Source: Trueperaceae bacterium (GTDB lineage Bacteria > Deinococcota > Deinococci > Deinococcales > Trueperaceae). Taken from it: a stretch of 64,000 nt of DNA. Under the pieces are notes generated by a model. The model did not search any database, was not told the DNA's origin, and saw nothing but the letters and a program-made list of their open reading frames with translations. Shown piece after piece: positions 11,481 through 21,991 of the stretch (its first letter is position 1; each line of letters begins with the position of its first letter). The translations under genes were made by a program, and so were the position numbers. The stretch covers positions 32,001 through 96,000 of the forward strand of contig DASSXV010000044.1 of NCBI GenBank assembly GCA_035703635.1. The letters are read 5' to 3'.

Positions 11481-12014
11481 ATGATGCAGGAGTTCAGGGT
11501 TGGCCACGGTCAGGACGCGCACCGGCTGGTGGCGGGCAGGCAGCTAGTGATCGGGGGCGTGCCGGTGGAGAGCCAGCGCGGCGCGGACGCCCACTCAGAC
11601 GGCGACGTGCTCCTCCACGCGCTGGCGGACGCCCTGTTATCCGCTTACGCTCTCGGGGACATCGGTCGGCTCTTCCCGCCGAGCGACGCACGCTTCGCGG
11701 GGATGGACAGCCGCGACATCGTGGCGCAAGTCCTGGAGAAGCTGCGCGTGCATACGCCCGGCGTTCGCGTTGTCAACGTGGCCGCGGTCGTGACCCTCGA
11801 CACTCCGAAACTTGGCGCCGCCCGCGACGCGATGAGCACGGTCATCGCTGAGCTGCTCGAGCTGCAGGCTGACTCGGTCGGCATCACCTTCAAGACTAGC
11901 GAGGGGCTCGCGCCCGACCACGTGCAGGCGAGCGTGGTGCTCGGCCTGCTGCAAGCCGAGCTCACCTTATACGAGAGTGCGCCGCGAACCGCCAATGGGT
12001 TCGCGGCGCACTAA
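11481..12014 (+). CDS. ispF: 2-C-methyl-D-erythritol 2,4-cyclodiphosphate synthase
   Basis: GHGQDAHRL, HSDGDVLLHA, LGDIG, FKTSEGL. TACTAT 6 nt before ATG 11481. Confidence 0.95.
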   Translation: MMQEFRVGHGQDAHRLVAGRQLVIGGVPVESQRGADAHSDGDVLLHALADALLSAYALGDIGRLFPPSDARFAGMDSRDIVAQVLEKLRVHTPGVRVVNVAAVVTLDTPKLGAARDAMSTVIAELLELQADSVGITFKTSEGLAPDHVQASVVLGLLQAELTLYESAPRTANGFAAH

Positions 12015-12028
12015 CAGCCGTCGTTGAA

Positions 12029-12376
12029 TCAGATTTCCTGCAGCGTCACCTGCACGCGGCCGGCCACTTCGGCCACCTGGAAGAGTTGGATCTTCTTGAC
12101 GGCAGGCAGCGTGGCGCGGCCGGTGGTCAAGTCGAAGGTGGCGCCGTGGTGAATGCAGCGGATCTTGCCTTCGAGCAACTCGCCGTCGTTGATCGGGTAG
12201 CGCTGGTGGGTGCAGCGGTCGGGGAGCGCGTAGAACGCGCCCCCCTGCCTGACGATCACGATATCGGTGCCGCCCACCACGCGGGCGGTGATGGAGTCCT
12301 CCGGGAACTCATCGACGGCACCCACGTCGAACGACGCCGCCGCAACGGCTGCTCCGGCCGCCTCCTCCTCGCTCAC
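12029..12376 (-). CDS. Rieske [2Fe-2S] ferredoxin, last gene of suf operon
   Basis: CTH...CIHH Rieske ligands. GTG start overlaps sufD stop (GTGA). Confidence 0.9.
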   Translation of the reverse strand: MSEEEAAGAAVAAASFDVGAVDEFPEDSITARVVGGTDIVIVRQGGAFYALPDRCTHQRYPINDGELLEGKIRCIHHGATFDLTTGRATLPAVKKIQLFQVAEVAGRVQVTLQEI

Positions 12377-13695
12377 AGCTTCTCCTTCACCCCTGGCACG
12401 CCGAGCTTGGCCTGCACGACGCGCTCGACGTACTCCGCCACCTTCGGCAGCGTCACGCGGCTCATGACCTCGTAGAGGAAGCCCGTGACGAGCACGTGCT
12501 CTGCTACTTCTGGGTGGAGTCCGCGGCTCATGAGGTAGAAGCGCTGGTCCTCCGGCACCGGGCCGGTGGTGGAGCCGTGTGAGCACTTGACGTCGTTGGC
12601 CGCGATCTCGAGTTGCGGGATGGAGACGACCTCGGAATCCTCGTCGAGGAGTAGGTTGCGGTTCGTCTGGTAAGCGTCCGTCTTCTGGGCGCCAGGGTCG
12701 ACGACGATCATGCCGGAGTAAACGGCTTGGCTGGCGTCACGGACGGCGCCCTTGAAGAGCACATCGGAGAACCCGCGCTCCGTGGCGTGGTGCTGGAGGG
12801 TGAACTGGTTGAAGTGCTGGCCCTCGTCCGCGAAGTACAAGCCCAGCATCTCGCTCTCGGAGCCTGGACCTTCGAGGCGGCTCTCGACTTCGGCGCGGGC
12901 GGCGTCCGCCCCGAGGCTGACGGTCACGGACTCTAGGCGAGCGTCGCGGCCGAGGTGCGCGCGGAGCTTGTTGATGTGCGCTACGTTGCGGCTCCAGTTC
13001 TGGAGGCTCACGTAGCGCAACTTGGCGCCATCTTGCAGGACGATCTCGGTGGCGGCGTCGAAGAACAGTCGCTCGTCGAACGGTTCGCTCGTGAACTCGT
13101 CGATGAAGGTGAGGCGCGCGTTAGCGCCGAGCACGATAAGGGCGCGCCCGAGCCCGATACCACCGGAGTCCGCCGTGGTGAACGCGCCTAGCGGCAGTTC
13201 GACCTCGACGTTCTTCGGGACGTACACGAAGGTGCCGTTCTCCCATAGCGCCGAGTTGAGCGCCGTGAACTTCGTTTGCGTGGCGTTGACCACGCTGTAG
13301 AGGTGCTCCTTGACGAGTGCCTCGTGCTCGCGTACGGCCGTGCGCAGGTCGGTGAAGATGACGCCTGACTCGCTGATGCTCGCCTCGTGCAACACGACCT
13401 GGTTGCCCTTGTGCACCATGACGCCTTCTGCGTCGGAGTCGGCGATGCGCATGCTGATGCGCTCCGACACTGTCGAGTCGCGCGGCGCCTTGGCAAGCTC
13501 GAGGCCGGCGTAAGCGAAGCGCGCCAGCTGCGTGTAGCGGTACTCCTCGGTGCGCTCTGTCGGGAACGGCTGTGCGTCGTAAGAGCGGAGTGCTGCCCTG
13601 CGCTCCTCAGCCAGCCAGGCGGGTTCGGCGTACGCGTCGATGATGTGTTCGACGGCGGCGGCGCTGATGACGGGGTTGTCTACCAGGGTCGCCAT
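12373..13695 (-). CDS. sufD: Fe-S cluster assembly protein SufD
   Basis: EEYRYT, AQKTDAYQTNRNLLL, PQLEIAANDVKCSHG, FYLMSRG. Confidence 0.95.
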   Translation of the reverse strand: MATLVDNPVISAAAVEHIIDAYAEPAWLAEERRAALRSYDAQPFPTERTEEYRYTQLARFAYAGLELAKAPRDSTVSERISMRIADSDAEGVMVHKGNQVVLHEASISESGVIFTDLRTAVREHEALVKEHLYSVVNATQTKFTALNSALWENGTFVYVPKNVEVELPLGAFTTADSGGIGLGRALIVLGANARLTFIDEFTSEPFDERLFFDAATEIVLQDGAKLRYVSLQNWSRNVAHINKLRAHLGRDARLESVTVSLGADAARAEVESRLEGPGSESEMLGLYFADEGQHFNQFTLQHHATERGFSDVLFKGAVRDASQAVYSGMIVVDPGAQKTDAYQTNRNLLLDEDSEVVSIPQLEIAANDVKCSHGSTTGPVPEDQRFYLMSRGLHPEVAEHVLVTGFLYEVMSRVTLPKVAEYVERVVQAKLGVPGVKEKL

Positions 13696-13697
13696 GC

Positions 13698-15146
13698 CTA
13701 ACCTACGCTCCCTTCCATCTCGAGCTCGATGAGGCGGTTGAGCTCGACCGCGTACTCGAGCGGTAGCTCCTTGGCAACGGGGTCTAGGAAGCCGCGCACG
13801 ATCAACGACATGGCCTCCGCCTGCCCAAGCCCCCGCGTCATGAGGTAGAAGATCTGCTCGTCGTCTAGCTTGCTGACGGTGGCCTCGTGCCCCACGTGGG
13901 CGGTCTTCTCGTTGATCTCGATGTACGGGAAGGTGTCGGTGCGGGCGTTCTCGTCGAGCAGCAGCGCGTCGCACTCCACGTTGGAGCGGGCGTTGGTGGC
14001 GCCCTGATGGATCTGCACCAGACCGCGGTAGCTTGAGCGGCCCGTGCCCTTGCTGATGGACTTGCTGACCACGCTGCTGGTGGTGTTCGGGGCCACGTGG
14101 ATGACCTTGGCGCCGGCGTCCTGGTGCTGGCCGTCAGTGGCGAAAGCGATGGAGAGGACCTCACCGTGGGCGCCCTCACCAACCAGGTAGGTGCTCGGGT
14201 ACTTCATGGTGGTCTTGGAGCCGAGGTTGCCGTCCAGCCAGCCCATGCTGGCGTTGGCGTGCACCATGGCGCGCTGCGTGACGAGGTTGTAGACGTTGTG
14301 AGACCAGTTCTGGATGGTGGAGTAGCGCACGTGACTGTTGTCCTGGCACACGATCTCGATGACGCCAGAGTGGAACGAGTTGCTCGTGTACGCCGGGGCC
14401 GTGCAGCCCTCGATGTAGTGGAACTTGGAGCCTGGCGCCCCGATGATGAGGGTGCGCTCGAACTGGCCGATGTTCTCGGCGTTGAGCAGGAAGTACGCCT
14501 GCAGCGGCACGTCGACGTGGACGCCTTCCGGCACGTACACGAACGAGCCGCCAGACCACACCGCGGAGTTGACCGCCGCGAAGTAGTTGTCCTCGGGCGG
14601 GATGACCGTCGCGAAGTACTCCTTGAAGATCTCGGGGTGCTCCTTGAGACCGGTGTCGGTGTCGAGGAAGATGACGCCGAGCTTCTCCCACTCCTCCTTG
14701 AGCTTGTGATAGACCATCTCGGACTCGTACTGCGCGCCGACACCCGCCAGCGCGCGCTGTTCGGCCTCCGGTACGCCCAAGCGGCGGTAGGTCTCGCGCA
14801 CTTCTTCTGGGATGTCGTCCCATGAGCCCGCCGTGCCTTGCTTCTCGTTCGGCCTCACGTAGAAGAAGATGTCGTCGAAGTTGAGGCCGCCGAGGTCGGG
14901 TCCCCACTTGGGGCGGCCCTTCTTCTCAGCGATCTCGAACGCGCGCAGGCGGAACTTGAGCATCCACTCTGGCTCGTTCTTGAAGTAGCTGATCTGCTCG
15001 ACGACGCGGCGTGTCAGGCCGCGGTCTGACTTGAAGAAGTAGTCCTCGGTGAGCTTGAAGTCGTACTGCTTGGTGTGCTCCATCCCCTCGAGCTTGGCAG
15101 CGTCGGGGTGGACGTCTTTAGTAATTTGGTTCGTCAGGTCGGACAC
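13698..15146 (-). CDS. sufB: Fe-S cluster assembly protein SufB
   Basis: GVGAQYESE, GQFERTL, YIEGCTAP, HEATVSK, ELPLEYAVE. Confidence 0.97.
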   Translation of the reverse strand: MSDLTNQITKDVHPDAAKLEGMEHTKQYDFKLTEDYFFKSDRGLTRRVVEQISYFKNEPEWMLKFRLRAFEIAEKKGRPKWGPDLGGLNFDDIFFYVRPNEKQGTAGSWDDIPEEVRETYRRLGVPEAEQRALAGVGAQYESEMVYHKLKEEWEKLGVIFLDTDTGLKEHPEIFKEYFATVIPPEDNYFAAVNSAVWSGGSFVYVPEGVHVDVPLQAYFLLNAENIGQFERTLIIGAPGSKFHYIEGCTAPAYTSNSFHSGVIEIVCQDNSHVRYSTIQNWSHNVYNLVTQRAMVHANASMGWLDGNLGSKTTMKYPSTYLVGEGAHGEVLSIAFATDGQHQDAGAKVIHVAPNTTSSVVSKSISKGTGRSSYRGLVQIHQGATNARSNVECDALLLDENARTDTFPYIEINEKTAHVGHEATVSKLDDEQIFYLMTRGLGQAEAMSLIVRGFLDPVAKELPLEYAVELNRLIELEMEGSVG

Positions 15147-15214
15147 TTACCGTCCCTCCGCCCTTCTAGTTGCATGAGTAGCCCGGTCGTTGCGTACGGG
15201 CGGCACGGGTGGGT

Positions 15215-15976
15215 TCAGGCGCCCACTGCTTCGCGGACCCACTCGTAGCCCTTCTGGTCGAGCTCCATCGCAAGCTCCTTCGGGCCGGTCTTGACGATGC
15301 GGCCGTGCACCATCACGTGGACGACGTCTGGCACGATGTGGTTGAGGAGGCGCTGGTAGTGGGTGATCACGAGGGCGCCGAACTCGGGCCCGCGGGCCGC
15401 GTTCACGCCTTGGGAGACGACCTTGAGGGCGTCGACGTCGAGGCCGGAGTCCGTCTCGTCGAGGATGGCGTAGCGCGGTTCGAGGACGAGCAGCTGCAGG
15501 ATCTCGGAGCGCTTCTTCTCCCCGCCCGAGAAGCCCTCGTGCAGGTTGCGTTCGATGATCGACTCGTCCCAGTTGAGTTCCTTGACCGCGCGCTGCAGCT
15601 TCTTGTAGAACTCCATGACGCCGATCTCGTCGCCGTCCTCACGCCTGGCGTTGAGGGCGAGGCGCAAGAAGTTGGCGATCGACACGCCTGGAACTTCTAC
15701 GGGGTACTGGAAGGCGAGGTAGAGCCCCTCGCGGGCGCGTTCGTCCGGCTCCATCTCGAGGATGGACTGGCCCTCCAGTAGGATGTCGCCCGCCGTGACC
15801 TCGTACTGCGGGTCGCCAGCGATGACCTTGGCTAGGGTCGACTTGCCTGAGCCGTTGGGACCCATGAGCGCGTGGACCTCGCCACGCGGCACCACTAGGT
15901 CTACGCCCCTCAGGATCTCGTCGCCGCCGACGATGCGGGCGTGTAGACCTTGGATCTCCAGCTTCTTGTCGCTCAT
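15215..15976 (-). CDS. sufC: Fe-S cluster assembly ATPase SufC
   Basis: [41 protein letters not shown] 15976 after GAGG. Confidence 0.97.
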   Translation of the reverse strand: MSDKKLEIQGLHARIVGGDEILRGVDLVVPRGEVHALMGPNGSGKSTLAKVIAGDPQYEVTAGDILLEGQSILEMEPDERAREGLYLAFQYPVEVPGVSIANFLRLALNARREDGDEIGVMEFYKKLQRAVKELNWDESIIERNLHEGFSGGEKKRSEILQLLVLEPRYAILDETDSGLDVDALKVVSQGVNAARGPEFGALVITHYQRLLNHIVPDVVHVMVHGRIVKTGPKELAMELDQKGYEWVREAVGA

Positions 15977-16184
15977 GTGCACACCTCTCGTGAAGGATCT
16001 CTGGTGTCGTTGATGGGCCGCGCCGCTTGCGCAGCTGCGCACGAACGGGCCCATAACTAGGACTCGTTCCGATTCTAACTCGTTAGCTTGAGACGGGGTG
16101 CTGCATACTTGACCGCCCAGCTAGGCGTTAAGGCTACCAGGTAGGCGGTTCACCGACTGTTCTGATGAACGCAAGCTGCCGCCG

Positions 16185-17144
16185 TCACTCGCGAGAGCGC
16201 TTCAACCACCCGAAGATGCCACCCTGCTTGCGCTCGGTCGCCTGCTCGTCATCCTTGCGCACGTCTGTCGGCACGGCCGTTGCGCGCCCAGCGCGGCCAG
16301 TGACCTTGGCAGCCGGCGCATCCGCCGCGCCAGCGCCGGCCACGACGGCACCGTTAGTGACGCCAGAAGCAGCCATCAGCGCGACCGCGAAGTCCCTGGC
16401 GGTCGCGTAGCGCCGCGCCGGGTCGCGCATCATGGCGTGAGACACGACGCGCACGACCTCGATGGGCAGCCCTGAACGCAACGAACGCAACTCCTTTGGC
16501 ACGCCGGTTCGGTGCGCGACCATCAGCGCGTCGTAAGAGGCCCCTACGAACGGCCGCTCGCCCGCGATCACCTCGTACGCGAGCACGCCTAGTGAGTAGA
16601 TGTCCGACCGCACCCCAGCCGACTTGCCCTCGAACACTTCAGGCGCCATGTAGAAGGCGGTGCCTACGCGGTCGACGCCCTCGTCGCCCATGAACACGCC
16701 AGTGCCGAAATCGCCTAGCTTCGCCTGCCCCTCCGCCGTGAGGAACACGTTGGCCGGCTTGACGTCGCGGTGCAGGACTTGGCGGTCGTGACTATGCATG
16801 AGCCCAGTTGCCACGTCGAGGACGAAGCGGTAGCACCGCTCGAGAGGCAAGCGGCCCTTCTCGAGCAGATACTGGTCGAGAGTACCGCCCTGGCAGTACT
16901 CCAGCGCGAGGAACGCGCCCTTGCCAGTGGGGAAGCCCTCGTACGCCGTCACGACGTTCGGCGAGGCGAGCTTCACGGTGATGGCGACCTCGTTCTCGAA
17001 CATCTTCTTGAGTACCGGCCGCTGCGCTAGTTCGGGACGCGGGATCTTGAGCGCCACCTCGCCGTAGACGGGGTGCCTCGCCAGGTACACGAACGCCGTC
17101 TGCCCCGAACCGAGGCGACTGATGACCTCGTAGCCCTCTGGCAC
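16185..17144 (-). CDS. Hanks-type Ser/Thr protein kinase, cytoplasmic
   Basis: VALK, HRDVKPAN, DFG, YMAPE, SDIYSLG. No TM segment. Confidence 0.92.
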   Translation of the reverse strand: MPEGYEVISRLGSGQTAFVYLARHPVYGEVALKIPRPELAQRPVLKKMFENEVAITVKLASPNVVTAYEGFPTGKGAFLALEYCQGGTLDQYLLEKGRLPLERCYRFVLDVATGLMHSHDRQVLHRDVKPANVFLTAEGQAKLGDFGTGVFMGDEGVDRVGTAFYMAPEVFEGKSAGVRSDIYSLGVLAYEVIAGERPFVGASYDALMVAHRTGVPKELRSLRSGLPIEVVRVVSHAMMRDPARRYATARDFAVALMAASGVTNGAVVAGAGAADAPAAKVTGRAGRATAVPTDVRKDDEQATERKQGGIFGWLKRSRE

Positions 17145-17170
17145 GTAGCTTGGTGAGCCGTTGCTGTCCT

Positions 17171-17845
17171 TCAGAACGCGGCTTCCTCACCGGGGGCGAG
17201 CACGACGCACGACGAGGACGTCGCTTCCTCGACGGCGAGCTTGAACGCTTGAGCGTCTTGCGCGATCAGGGGGAACGTGTCGTAGTGCACGGGAACGACG
17301 ACCTTGGGCTTCAGGAGCTTGACGGCCTCGACTGCCGCGGCGGGGCCCATGGTGAAGTTGTCGCCGATCGGGAGGAAAGCGAGGTCGATCGGCTCGCGCC
17401 CGATGAGGCTCATGTCGGAGAACAGCGCCGTATCGCCCGCATGGAGCACGCGCTTGCCCTCGACCTCGAGCAGGATGCCGGTTGGCATGCCGCCGTAACT
17501 GCCGTCTGGGAACGAGCTGGAGTGCCAGGCAGGCGTCAGGGTCACCCTCCCGAAGCCGAACTTCATGCTCCCGCCGATGTTCATGGCGTGGCTCTCGAGG
17601 CCTAGCCGCTCCGCGTACTTCGCTATCTCTGCCGTTGCGATCACCACCGCGCCACTGCGCTTGGCAAGCTCGGGGGTGTCACCCCAATGGTCGCCGTGGG
17701 CGTGGGTGATCAGCAGGTAATCGGGATCGAGTTCCGCTAGCGTCACGCCGGCGCGCGGGTTGCCGCTGATGAACGGGTCGAAGACGAACTCCGTGCCTCC
17801 AGCCACGATCTGCAGGGCCGAATGTCCTAGATAGCGCACCTTCAA
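17171..17845 (-). CDS. Metallo-beta-lactamase-fold hydrolase (UPF0173-like)
   Basis: YLGHS, THAHGDH, HAGDT, PVHYDTFP. TTG start after AAGGAG. Confidence 0.9.
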   Translation of the reverse strand: MKVRYLGHSALQIVAGGTEFVFDPFISGNPRAGVTLAELDPDYLLITHAHGDHWGDTPELAKRSGAVVIATAEIAKYAERLGLESHAMNIGGSMKFGFGRVTLTPAWHSSSFPDGSYGGMPTGILLEVEGKRVLHAGDTALFSDMSLIGREPIDLAFLPIGDNFTMGPAAAVEAVKLLKPKVVVPVHYDTFPLIAQDAQAFKLAVEEATSSSCVVLAPGEEAAF

Positions 17846-17931
17846 CTAGCTCAACTCCTTAGGCCGCCGTCAACCGACGCGACCGCCTCACGACTACTCG
17901 CTGGCGGCTGCGATCGGTGGCGGGCCTTGCC

Positions 17932-18285
17932 TCAACGCACGCCGACGTGTAGCTGGACCAACGCGAGGTAGTAGACGATCACTAGCAGCGTCGGAAGTCC
18001 AGCCATGCCAGCCGCTTCCTTGAAGCGCTTGAGCATGAAGAGCCCGAGGGCAAGGACTACCGAACCTGCCGCAACTATCGGAAAGATCCAGAACAGGGTG
18101 TTCCAGATGCCCGTAAGGTGCAGCTGCACGATGAGGCCGCCGTTGTGCGTGGCCTTGAGCACCGCGCCCATGGCCCAGAAGATGCCGATCATGAAGGTGC
18201 CAAGGAAACCGGCAGCCATGCCGAAGGCGGCCAACAGGCGCTCGTTGTCTACCTCTCCGGTCGTCCTGATACTCACACTTGCCAC
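17932..18285 (-). CDS. Hypothetical membrane protein (about 3 TM)
   Basis: 117-aa hydrophobic ORF. AGGAGG SD before GTG. Confidence 0.75.
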   Translation of the reverse strand: MASVSIRTTGEVDNERLLAAFGMAAGFLGTFMIGIFWAMGAVLKATHNGGLIVQLHLTGIWNTLFWIFPIVAAGSVVLALGLFMLKRFKEAAGMAGLPTLLVIVYYLALVQLHVGVR

Positions 18286-18440
18286 GTGACCCTCCTAGTA
18301 TGTGGGGCTTAGCTTAGCAGTCTCTGGCCCCTGGCGGCCCCGAAGCAACCGGCTTACAGTGGTTGCCCGCACCTCTGGTACACTGTCACGTTTGGCGCTG
18401 GCCAAGAGCGCCGCGCTGCGAAGCGTGTTAGGGAGGAACC

Positions 18441-21308
18441 TTGCAGGACCTGGTCATCCGCGGGGCACGCGCAAACAACCTCAAGAACGTCGACCTCGTA
18501 CTTCCCCGCAACAAGTTCATCGTCTTCACCGGCGTGTCCGGTTCAGGCAAGTCGACGTTAGCTTTCGACACCATCTACGCGGAGGGACAGAGGCGTTACG
18601 TCGAGAGCCTCTCGGCCTACGCCAGGCAGTTCCTCGGCATCATGGATAAACCAGATGTCGATTCGATAGAGGGCCTCAGCCCAGCCATCAGCATCGACCA
18701 GAAGACCACCAGCCACAACCCGCGGTCAACGGTCGGCACCGTAACGGAGATCCACGACTACCTGCGCTTGCTGTTCGCGCGCGTCGGCATTCCACACTGC
18801 CCGATCTGCGGTCGCGTCATCCAGCGCCAGTCGGCCAGCGAGATCGTCGACCGCCTCCTCGAGCGTTTCCCAGACAAACGCGCCATGCTCCTCGCCCCCG
18901 TGGTGAGGGGCCGCAAGGGCGAGTACCGCAAGCTGTTCCTCGACCTCAAGAAGGAGGGCTTCGCGCGCCTCCGGGTGGACGGCGTGGTGCTCACCATCGA
19001 GCAGGCCCTCGAAGCGGACCTCGAGCGTCACGAGAAGCACGACATCGACGTGGTCATCGACCGCATTGTGCTCATGGAGGCGGACCGCTCGCGCATAGCG
19101 GAGTCGACGGAGCTCGCGCTCACCAAGGGCGAGGGCCTCCTGCGCGCCTTCCTGCCTGACGAGGGCATCGACGAGCTCTTCAGCGAGAAGTTCGCCTGCC
19201 CAGAACACGGGACGTTCCTCGAGGAGCTCGAGCCGCGCACGTTCTCCTTCAACGCGCCTTACGGCGCCTGCGCGCACTGCAGCGGCCTCGGCTACCTGCA
19301 GCAGTTCGACCCAGAGCTCATCGTGCCAGACCCGACGCTGTCGGTATCGCAGGGTGCCATCGCGCCCTGGACAGGCAGCCGTGGAGACGGCGGCAAGGTC
19401 TTCTACTGGGACCGCCTGCGCGCGCTGGCCGACTACACGGGGTTCGACATCTCCGCAGCGTGGCAGGACCTGCCAGAGGCGGCACGAAAGACGATCCTCT
19501 ACGGGAGCGACGAGCCTATCGAGGTCGTATACGAGCGCGGGGGCCGTGAGACCATGCGGTTCAGGGCCGAGTTCGAGGGCGTCATCCAGAACTTGCAGCG
19601 CCGCCTCAAGGAGGCCGCTTCGGACGCCGTGCGCGAGCGCCTCGAAGAGTACATGTCGCTCGTGCCGTGCCAGGAGTGCGGCGGCACGCGCTACAAGCCC
19701 GAGGTGCTGGCGGTCACCGTCGGCGGGCGCAACATCGCGGAGGTCAGCCACATGACCGTGCGCGACAGCCGCGAGCTCTTCAGCGACTTCGGCGTCGACG
19801 GCGCCAGCGCGAACGTGGCCAAGCCCATCCTGCGCGAAGTGAACGCGCGCCTCGGCTTCCTAGAGGACGTCGGCCTCGACTACCTGAGCCTCGACCGTAG
19901 CGCCAACACGTTGTCTGGTGGGGAGGCGCAGCGCATTCGCCTCGCCACGCAAGTCGGTAGCGGCCTAACGGGCGTGCTTTACGTGCTGGACGAGCCCTCC
20001 ATCGGCCTGCACCCGCGCGACAACGAGCGACTGCTGCGCACGCTCCTCAACCTGCGCGACCTCGGTAACACGCTCATCGTCGTCGAACACGACGAGGAGA
20101 CCATGCGCGCCGCCGATTTCATCGTCGACCTTGGCCCTGGCGCCGGGGTTCACGGCGGGCACATCGTCGCAGCAGCCACGCCAGGCGTGTTGGCTGAGGA
20201 TCCGAACTCCCTAACGGCGAAGTACTTGCGCGGCGAACTCAAGATCGACGTTCCCAAGCGCCGCCGCGAGGGTAACGGCAAGAAGCTGACCATCCAGGGC
20301 GCTCGCGAGCACAACCTGAAGGACATCGATGTCGACATCCCACTCGGCACCCTCACCTGCGTGACGGGCGCTTCCGGGTCTGGCAAGTCGACGCTCGTTC
20401 ACGGGATCCTGCACGCCGCGCTAGCCAAGCAGCTCTACCGCGCCAAGGCGCAGCCGGGGCTCCACACGCGCATCAAGGGTGCCGAGAACATCGACAAGGT
20501 CATCGAGATAGACCAGTCGCCGATCGGCCGGACACCGCGCTCCAACCCCGCGACGTACACGGGCATCTTCACCGACATCCGCGACCTCTTCACCCGCGCG
20601 CCGGAGGCACGCAAGCGCGGCTACAAGCCTGGGCGTTTCTCGTTCAACGTCAAGGGCGGGCGCTGCGAGGCGTGCAAGGGCGACGGCACCGTCAAGGTCG
20701 AGATGTACTTTCTGCCTGACGTCTACGTGCCTTGCGAAGTGTGCAAGGGCGCGCGTTACAACCGCGAGACGCTGGAAGTGAAGATCCGCGGCAAGTCGAT
20801 CGCGGACGTGCTGGCCATGACTACAGACGAGGGCGTCGAGTTCTTCGAGAACATCCCGACCATCGCCCGCAAACTGCAACTCATGCAGGACGTCGGCCTC
20901 GGCTACCTCAAGGTGGGTCAGCCCTCACCGACGCTGTCCGGCGGTGAAGCGCAGCGCGTCAAACTCGCCAGCGAGCTCGGGCGCCGCGGGACGGGGCAAA
21001 CCCTCTACATCCTCGACGAACCAACGACAGGCCTGCACTTCGACGACACCCGCAAACTCCTCGACGTACTCCACCGCCTCGTAGAGCAGGGCAATACGCT
21101 CGTCGTCATCGAGCACAACCTCGACGTGATCAAGACCGCCGACTGGATCATCGACCTTGGCCCAGATGGCGGCGCGCGCGGCGGCACCATCGTAGCTACC
21201 GGCACGCCTGAGGACGTGGCCGCCACGCCGGCGAGCTCGACTGGTCAGTTCCTGCGGCACGTTCCTGAACTCAAGGAGCGCCTGCCGCGGGTGGCAGACG
21301 TTGCCTGA
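18441..21308 (+). CDS. uvrA: Excinuclease ABC subunit A
   Basis: Two ABC ATPase modules ([24 protein letters not shown]), Zn-finger CxxC pairs. TTG start after GGAGG. Confidence 0.98.
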   Translation: MQDLVIRGARANNLKNVDLVLPRNKFIVFTGVSGSGKSTLAFDTIYAEGQRRYVESLSAYARQFLGIMDKPDVDSIEGLSPAISIDQKTTSHNPRSTVGTVTEIHDYLRLLFARVGIPHCPICGRVIQRQSASEIVDRLLERFPDKRAMLLAPVVRGRKGEYRKLFLDLKKEGFARLRVDGVVLTIEQALEADLERHEKHDIDVVIDRIVLMEADRSRIAESTELALTKGEGLLRAFLPDEGIDELFSEKFACPEHGTFLEELEPRTFSFNAPYGACAHCSGLGYLQQFDPELIVPDPTLSVSQGAIAPWTGSRGDGGKVFYWDRLRALADYTGFDISAAWQDLPEAARKTILYGSDEPIEVVYERGGRETMRFRAEFEGVIQNLQRRLKEAASDAVRERLEEYMSLVPCQECGGTRYKPEVLAVTVGGRNIAEVSHMTVRDSRELFSDFGVDGASANVAKPILREVNARLGFLEDVGLDYLSLDRSANTLSGGEAQRIRLATQVGSGLTGVLYVLDEPSIGLHPRDNERLLRTLLNLRDLGNTLIVVEHDEETMRAADFIVDLGPGAGVHGGHIVAAATPGVLAEDPNSLTAKYLRGELKIDVPKRRREGNGKKLTIQGAREHNLKDIDVDIPLGTLTCVTGASGSGKSTLVHGILHAALAKQLYRAKAQPGLHTRIKGAENIDKVIEIDQSPIGRTPRSNPATYTGIFTDIRDLFTRAPEARKRGYKPGRFSFNVKGGRCEACKGDGTVKVEMYFLPDVYVPCEVCKGARYNRETLEVKIRGKSIADVLAMTTDEGVEFFENIPTIARKLQLMQDVGLGYLKVGQPSPTLSGGEAQRVKLASELGRRGTGQTLYILDEPTTGLHFDDTRKLLDVLHRLVEQGNTLVVIEHNLDVIKTADWIIDLGPDGGARGGTIVATGTPEDVAATPASSTGQFLRHVPELKERLPRVADVA

Positions 21309-21435
21309 TCCTGCGGTGGCTCCCGCCGCGGCGCGCGCGTCGCTTGCCGTACCGTACTCCTCGCGGTGCGCGGCACAGTAGGATGCCAACCAATGTCAGG
21401 GGGCTGCCCGGCCCCCACGCCGAACGGAGCGCAGC

Positions 21436-21978
21436 ATGATTCGCACCGCACCCATGCCACAACGCCTCTTCGCTGGGCTCTTCTTCCTCCTGGCGGCAGT
21501 GGTGTGCGCCGTTGCGCCGATGCCGGTACTGTTCCGCAGCCTCGGCATCGCGCTGTCCGCGTACCTCGGGTTCGCAGCGGCCGGCATGCCAGTGGCGTAC
21601 CTCTGCGCCCTCGTCGCCCCGCCCATCGGCCTCATCGGCGGTGACCCCGACTGGCTCGTCATGCTGCCGATCGTGTTGAGCGGAAACCTGCTCGCCATGC
21701 TCGGACTCGAGTTCGGGTGGCGCTACGGCTCCATCCTCCTCTCACCCATCCTGCTGGTCGCGCCAGCCTTCGTTTCGTGGCAACTCTCGCGCAAGCCGCT
21801 CTTCGAGGTCGTGCTGCCGTGGCACGCCAGTGAAGGCACGTGGGTGGCGCTTCACTTCCTCGTCGCCGCCTTCGGCGTCCTGGTCGCGCTCTACCTCGAC
21901 CGCCGCCGCGGTAACGCCACCGAGGCCCGCGCGACTGAGGAACCCCCCAGCCGCACCGCTCCCGCCCGGCCGCGCTGA
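21436..21978 (+). CDS. Hypothetical membrane protein
   Basis: Highly hydrophobic 180-aa ORF. GGAG SD. Confidence 0.75.
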   Translation: MIRTAPMPQRLFAGLFFLLAAVVCAVAPMPVLFRSLGIALSAYLGFAAAGMPVAYLCALVAPPIGLIGGDPDWLVMLPIVLSGNLLAMLGLEFGWRYGSILLSPILLVAPAFVSWQLSRKPLFEVVLPWHASEGTWVALHFLVAAFGVLVALYLDRRRGNATEARATEEPPSRTAPARPR

Positions 21979-21991
21979 GGCCACACTAGCC

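Noticed and set aside
6523..14907. Long alternative-frame ORFs (e.g. 6523-7629, 8340-9464, 14176-14907)
   Set aside because: Arg/Pro-rich or antisense frames fully overlapping well-supported genes, as expected in GC-rich DNA.
16055..16085. Imperfect palindrome around the sufC -10 (TAGAAT) as a Fur/PerR/SufR site
   Set aside because: Symmetry is too weak to support a call without comparative data.
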